Positions 60,161-64,000 of a stretch of 64,000 nt of DNA are shown here, piece by piece. The notes beneath the pieces were generated by a model, which was given only the letters and a program-made list of their open reading frames with translations, was not told the origin of the DNA and searched no databases. Both the position numbers and the translations under genes were made by a program. The stretch is from Elusimicrobiales bacterium (GTDB lineage: Bacteria; Elusimicrobiota; Elusimicrobia; Elusimicrobiales; UBA9959): the NCBI GenBank assembly GCA_023701245.1, contig JAMPXK010000002.1, positions 40,960-104,959 of the forward strand, in the 5' to 3' direction. The stretch's first letter is position 1. Each line of letters starts with the position of its first letter.

Positions 60161-60249
60161 CCCGCCCAGGTTTCGTCGGGCTGGCCCGCCTGGCGGCCGC
60201 TGTCATAGCCGCCCTGGCCCTGGTGTATCTTTATTTTTCAGACAAATAA
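60157..60249 (+). CDS. possible 30-aa single-TM micropeptide (speculative)
   Basis: GTG overlaps the VOC gene stop (GTGA). It encodes MTRPGFVGLARLAAAVIAALALVYLYFSDK and ends just before the terminator. Confidence 0.2.
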   Translation: MTRPGFVGLARLAAAVIAALALVYLYFSDK

Positions 60250-60260
60250 ACCCCGCCCTT

Positions 60261-60303
60261 AAAAAGAGAGGCGCGGCCCCCCCTGGGCCGCGCTCTCTTT
60301 TTT
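60261..60303. terminator. bidirectional intrinsic terminator
   Basis: AAAAAGAGAGGCGCGGCCC..GGGCCGCGCTCTCT-TTTTT (one bulge). Confidence 0.75.
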
Positions 60304-60316
60304 ACGCCTCTCCGGG

Positions 60317-61543
60317 CTAGTAGTAGTAGCCGGGGTGGAAGTAGGTGATGGTGAACTGCGTGCCGCTGACGTTCTTTTCCAGGATCAGCATCCCCTGGGA
60401 CGCGAAAGCCGCCGCTGTCTCGGCCGCCGCGCGCTGGGCCTCGCTGGAGAAGGTATAGACCCCGCTGACGTACTTCTGCGGCTCTATCCTCGTGGGGGAG
60501 AAGAACCCTATGGTGTAAGAAGTGCCGTTGAGGCGCTTTTCCATCACCACCAGGCCCCGTACTTTCTGCAGGGCGGCGGCCGCTTCGTTCATGGACCGGG
60601 CCGCGTCGCTGCCGAACACGAAGGAGCCGCTGGCGTAGGTCTGCGGCTCCAGGCGGTACTGGGCCTGGAAGACGATGGTGTAAGAAGTGCCGTTGAGGCG
60701 CTTTTCCAGCACGATCGCGCCGAGGCTGTTAAGGGCTTCCACCGCTTCGTTCAGTGACCGGGCGGCGTCGCTGCCGAACACGAAAGAACCGCTGGTGTAG
60801 GTCTGGGTCTGGTTGTAATAGCCGTTGCCGCGGCCGAGGTAATTCACCGTGAAGGAGGTGCCGCTCACGTTGCGCTCCAGCACCACGTTGCCCTGTCTTT
60901 CCATCGCCGCCACGAATTCATCGGCCGCTTTGTTGGCGTCGCTGGAGAAAACGAAGGAGCCGCTGTTGTACTTCTCTACCCTCAGGTAGGAAGGCGCCAG
61001 GAAGACCAGGGTGTAGGAGGAAAAGCTGCTGCGTTTCTCCAGCACCGTGTAGCCCGCGCGCTGCAGGGCCGTCGCGGCGTTCTCCATGGAGCGCCTGGCG
61101 TCGCTGGAGAACACGAAACTGCCGCTCTCGAAGCGGAACTGCTGCAGCTGGTAGGGGGGCGGATAGCCGGGCTGGTCAGGGTTCCAGGGGTGCGTGGGAT
61201 AACCGGGCTGCGGCGGGGGATACACCGGGTGCGTGGGCTGGCCGGGGTTCCACGGCTGCGCGGGGTGGCCCGGCTGCGGCGGGGGATATCCCGGGTGGCC
61301 CGGGTTTACCGGGTGAACGGGATGCGCCGGATGCGCGGGCTGAGAAGGATGCGTGCCCCAGGTGCTGCCGGGCTGCGGATGCGCGGGCTGCGGCACCGGT
61401 TTGGGCGGCTGCTGCCCGTGCGTGTCGGTCCCGACCGTAAAGCCGGCCTTTTCCAGGTCGGCGGCCATGGTGTCCGGCGTGGCCGCTCTCGCGGCGCCGG
61501 CGGCCGCCAGAACGGCGGCCAGCGCTAAAGTTATTTTTTTCAT
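60317..61543 (-). CDS. secreted protein: His/Pro-rich low-complexity region followed by five tandem ~55-aa repeats of unknown family
   Basis: ATG 61543 with SD GGGGAGG (the track ORF is longer) and signal peptide AAVLAAAGAARA. The five repeat units have the form SGSFVF(S/G)SDA..(S/A)..E...A....G..VLEKR..GTSYT. Confidence 0.7.
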   Translation of the reverse strand: MKKITLALAAVLAAAGAARAATPDTMAADLEKAGFTVGTDTHGQQPPKPVPQPAHPQPGSTWGTHPSQPAHPAHPVHPVNPGHPGYPPPQPGHPAQPWNPGQPTHPVYPPPQPGYPTHPWNPDQPGYPPPYQLQQFRFESGSFVFSSDARRSMENAATALQRAGYTVLEKRSSFSSYTLVFLAPSYLRVEKYNSGSFVFSSDANKAADEFVAAMERQGNVVLERNVSGTSFTVNYLGRGNGYYNQTQTYTSGSFVFGSDAARSLNEAVEALNSLGAIVLEKRLNGTSYTIVFQAQYRLEPQTYASGSFVFGSDAARSMNEAAAALQKVRGLVVMEKRLNGTSYTIGFFSPTRIEPQKYVSGVYTFSSEAQRAAAETAAAFASQGMLILEKNVSGTQFTITYFHPGYYY

Positions 61544-61679
61544 TGTAAACCTCCCCAAAGATCCTGCTCTTACAGACAAGGATACAACTCCCGGCGGGGT
61601 CTGCCTACAGGCCAATGGCCCAGGCGGGCGCGGTATTAAGACCCACTTGCAAATAGGACCCCGGGCACCGGCGTGGCGG

Positions 61680-61708
61680 TTGGACACTTTAAGGGATATC
61701 TTTATAGG
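61680..61708 (+). promoter_or_regulatory. sigma70-type promoter TTGGAC-17-TATAGG for dinB
   Basis: TTGGAC 61680-61685 and TATAGG 61703-61708. The ATG is 8 nt after the -10 and there is no SD. Confidence 0.5.
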
Positions 61709-61716
61709 ATTAAAAC

Positions 61717-62886
61717 ATGGAACGGCGCATAGCGCATGTGGATATGGATGCCTTTTTCGCGGCCATAGAGCAGCGGGATGACCCGTCGCTGAAAGGGAAA
61801 CCCGTCATAATAGGCGCGGACCCCAAAGGCGGCCGGGGCCGCGGCGTGGTGTCCACCTGCTCCTACGAGGCGCGCAAGTTCGGCGTGCGTTCGGCCATGC
61901 CCATTTCCGAGGCCTGGCGCCGCTGCCCGGGCGGCGTCTACCTGCCGCCGGACCTTGAAAAATACGAGCAGGCGTCGCGCCGGATCCGCGAGGCCTTTTA
62001 TGAATTCACTCCCGACATAGAGCAGGTCAGCATAGACGAGGCCTTCCTGGACATCACCCGCAGCGCGCATCTTTTCGGCGGGCCGCTGGAGACCTGCCGC
62101 CGGCTAAAGGCGCGGGTGAAAGAGCTGACCGGGCTGACCTGTTCCGTGGGGCTGGCTCCCACCAAGCTGGCGGCCAAAATAGCTTCCGACCTGCGCAAAC
62201 CCGACGGCCTGGTGGAAGTGCGCGAAGAGGGACTGCGGGCTTTCCTGGCGCCGCTGGATATATCGCGGCTCTGGGGCCTGGGGCCCAAGACCGCCGCCGT
62301 CCTGCGAGAACGCGGCATAAACACAATAGGCGCCCTGGCCGCCGCGCGGGCGCCGGACCTGGACGGCCTCGGGTCCCACGGGCCGCAATTGCGGGCGCTG
62401 GCCCTGGGCGAAGACCCCCGCGAGGTTCGCGAGGAAGGCGAGGCCAAGTCCGTTGGCAACGAGGTGACGTTCGAAAAGGATACCGATAACGCCCGGGAGA
62501 TAAAAGAGTCGCTGGCGGCGCTGGCCGACAAGGTCTCGTCCCGGCTGCGGGCGGCCGGCCTCAAGGGCCGCACGGTAACGCTTAAGGTCCGCCTGGAAGG
62601 GTTCGAAACGCATACCCGCGCCAGGACCCTGACGCTGGCCACCAACTACGCGGACGTCCTGGCGCGCGAGGCCCTGGGCCTTTACGCGGCCTTCGACCGG
62701 CGCCGCAAAAAGGTGCGGCTGCTGGGGGTCAAGGTGTCCGGCCTGCTGCCGGCGCAGGAGAAGGAGAGCCTGTTCGAGGACGAAGGCGACGCGCGGCGGG
62801 AAAAAGCCCACCGGGCCATAGAGAGGATAAGGGGGCGTTTCGGCAATTCCGCGATCTACCGCGCCGGCGCCAAAAAGGATATTTAG
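61717..62886 (+). CDS. dinB: DNA polymerase IV (Y-family)
   Basis: IAHVDMDAFFAAIEQRDDP, VVSTCSYEARKFGV, SIDEAFLDIT and GLAPTKLAAKIASD. Confidence 0.92.
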   Translation: MERRIAHVDMDAFFAAIEQRDDPSLKGKPVIIGADPKGGRGRGVVSTCSYEARKFGVRSAMPISEAWRRCPGGVYLPPDLEKYEQASRRIREAFYEFTPDIEQVSIDEAFLDITRSAHLFGGPLETCRRLKARVKELTGLTCSVGLAPTKLAAKIASDLRKPDGLVEVREEGLRAFLAPLDISRLWGLGPKTAAVLRERGINTIGALAAARAPDLDGLGSHGPQLRALALGEDPREVREEGEAKSVGNEVTFEKDTDNAREIKESLAALADKVSSRLRAAGLKGRTVTLKVRLEGFETHTRARTLTLATNYADVLAREALGLYAAFDRRRKKVRLLGVKVSGLLPAQEKESLFEDEGDARREKAHRAIERIRGRFGNSAIYRAGAKKDI

Positions 62887-62899
62887 TATTATTGCTCAT

Positions 62900-63325
62900 A
62901 TGGCTATTTCAAAAGTCTTCGAATACGAGCATAAGGTGACGCCCGAAGAGATAGACGGGCTGGGCCATGTCAACAACCAGGTATACCTGGACTGGTTCAT
63001 GCAGGCCGCCACCAGGCACTCAGAGGCGGCGGGCTGGGCCATAGAGCGGCTGCTGGCCCTGGGCGAGGGCTGGGTGGTGCGCCGCCACGAGATAGATTAC
63101 CTGCTGCCGGTCATGCCCGGCGAGACGGTGAAAATGCGCACCTGGATAGAGACCGCCGAGAAGGCGTCCTCGGAGCGGCATTACGAGATCTTCAGGCTGT
63201 CGGACGGCAAGAAGGCCTGCTGCGGCAGGACCATGTGGGTGTGGATAAATTACAAGACCGGCCGCCCCAGCCGTATCCCCGAGGCCGTGGTGGCGGCTTT
63301 CGCCGCCTGGACCCCGCGGCCTTAG
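62900..63325 (+). CDS. acyl-CoA thioesterase, 4HBT/YbgC type
   Basis: VTPEEIDGLGHVNNQVYLDWF; hotdog-fold size (141 aa). Confidence 0.85.
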   Translation: MAISKVFEYEHKVTPEEIDGLGHVNNQVYLDWFMQAATRHSEAAGWAIERLLALGEGWVVRRHEIDYLLPVMPGETVKMRTWIETAEKASSERHYEIFRLSDGKKACCGRTMWVWINYKTGRPSRIPEAVVAAFAAWTPRP

Positions 63326-63837
63326 CCGCGGGCCGGGGCTTTTTCCGCCCTGGCCTGTTCCACCGTTATCATTATTCTGGCGCAGGCCTCCGCGTCGGAG
63401 AGCGCGTTGTGGTGCTTCAGCGGGATGCTGAGGCGCTGGCAGACGTGCGCCAGCGTAGCCGGCTTAAGGCCAAGCTCCTTCCTTGAAAGCTGTACCGTGC
63501 ACACGAACGGCTGCGCCGGGGCCGGCAGGCCCGCGGCCGCGCAGCAGGCGTAAAGCACGCCCCTGTCGAAAGGGGCGTTGTGGGCCGCTATGAAGTCTAT
63601 CCCTTCGAAAAAATCCGCCAGCCCCGGCCAGACCTCGCGGAAAGGCGGCTCGTTCTCCACGTCCTCCCAGGCGATGTCGTGGATGTAGGTGAACAGGATG
63701 TCCGGGCGCGGCGGCCGGATAAGACGGTAGGCGGTACGCGTTACGCGGCCGTCCTCCACGCGGGCCAGGCCCACGGCGCAGGCGGAATCCCGCCCGTGGT
63801 CGGCCGTTTCAAAGTCTATGGCTGTAAAGGCCGCCAT
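63322..63837 (-). CDS. DEDD-type 3'-5' exonuclease (DnaQ-like)
   Basis: FTAIDFETAD (Exo I), AAHNAPFDRGVL (Exo II) and HNALSDAEACA (Exo III, DEDDh). Confidence 0.8.
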   Translation of the reverse strand: MAAFTAIDFETADHGRDSACAVGLARVEDGRVTRTAYRLIRPPRPDILFTYIHDIAWEDVENEPPFREVWPGLADFFEGIDFIAAHNAPFDRGVLYACCAAAGLPAPAQPFVCTVQLSRKELGLKPATLAHVCQRLSIPLKHHNALSDAEACARIMITVEQARAEKAPARG

Positions 63838-64000
63838 CAGGGCTGCTGCAGGGCGGGCAGGTCGGTGTAATGCTTGAAGTTGGCGGTCACGTTGACCACG
63901 TATTTCCTGGTCTCTTTGAAGGGCGGCACGCCGTTGTACTTCCTGACGTTGCCGGGGCCGGCGTTATAAGCGGCCAGCGCCATCTGGGAGGTGTTGAGGT
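63837..64000 (-). CDS. lytic transglycosylase (SLT domain) protein, C-terminal fragment; 5' end lies outside the window
   Basis: The minus-strand frame reads ...[30 protein letters not shown]...QQP*. Its stop shares one base with the downstream ATG (TGATG). Confidence 0.7.
   Translation of the reverse strand, partial: LNTSQMALAAYNAGPGNVRKYNGVPPFKETRKYVVNVTANFKHYTDLPALQQP

Noticed and set aside
61151-61417. Repetitive GC-rich DNA (recurring CCGGGCTGCGGCGGGGGATA-like units) considered as a tandem repeat or CRISPR-like array.
   Set aside because: It lies inside a continuous reading frame and simply encodes the imperfect His/Pro-rich low-complexity tract. There is no regular repeat-spacer periodicity.
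1-64000. Search by eye for rRNA, tRNA (T-loop GGTTCGAATCC-like), tmRNA, RNase P, CRISPR repeats, transposase/integrase genes, reverse transcriptase and phage structural genes.
   Set aside because: None was found. The GTTCGAA-like strings all lie inside protein-coding frames, and no periodic direct repeats or mobile-element enzymes were recognised. A proper tRNAscan/Infernal/ISfinder run would be needed for certainty.

Overview
This is a high-GC (by eye about two-thirds G+C), gene-dense chromosomal segment from a diderm bacterium. I call about 65 protein genes across both strands. I recognised no rRNA, tRNA, CRISPR array, transposase or integrase.

Coding content:
- DNA-transaction genes: recQ, a RecD/Dda-like helicase, a PIF1-type helicase with a WYL tail, two AddB-like PD-(D/E)XK nucleases, radC, dinB, RNase HI and a DnaQ-like exonuclease.
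- Transport: a five-gene LolD/FtsX/FtsX/LolA-like/outer-membrane operon, an ABC-2 exporter pair, an ABC-F ATPase, amt and a TauE-like permease.
- Signalling and RNA: a NarL-type two-component pair, an orphan histidine kinase, a HAMP adenylate cyclase and tex.
- Many signal-peptide proteins: C1, C11 and S8-like peptidases, a PAD-type deiminase, and several repeat-built proteins of unknown function.

The strongest unexplained signal is non-coding. The palindrome CCCGACA-N6-TGTCGGG is fused at an invariant distance to an extended -10 element and occurs four times, always outside genes. The copies lie before an ORF6N gene, before recQ, between radC and a divergent unknown gene, and as an orphan firing antisense into an MBL-fold gene. 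I read this as a candidate repressor regulon that matches none of the LexA-box types I can recall.

Other second-look items:
- A promoter-plus-terminator bounded ~240-nt GC-rich RNA or leader upstream of a TPR/CsgG-like operon.
- An attenuator-like leader upstream of the ABC-F gene.
- A 10-bp helix sequestering the Shine-Dalgarno sequence of the MBL-fold gene.
- A 117-bp element with perfect 27-bp inverted arms.
- Widespread leaderless-type promoter/start-codon geometry.

The many long ORFs antisense to recognisable genes are treated as high-GC artefacts. All family assignments come from motifs read by eye; no database search was possible.
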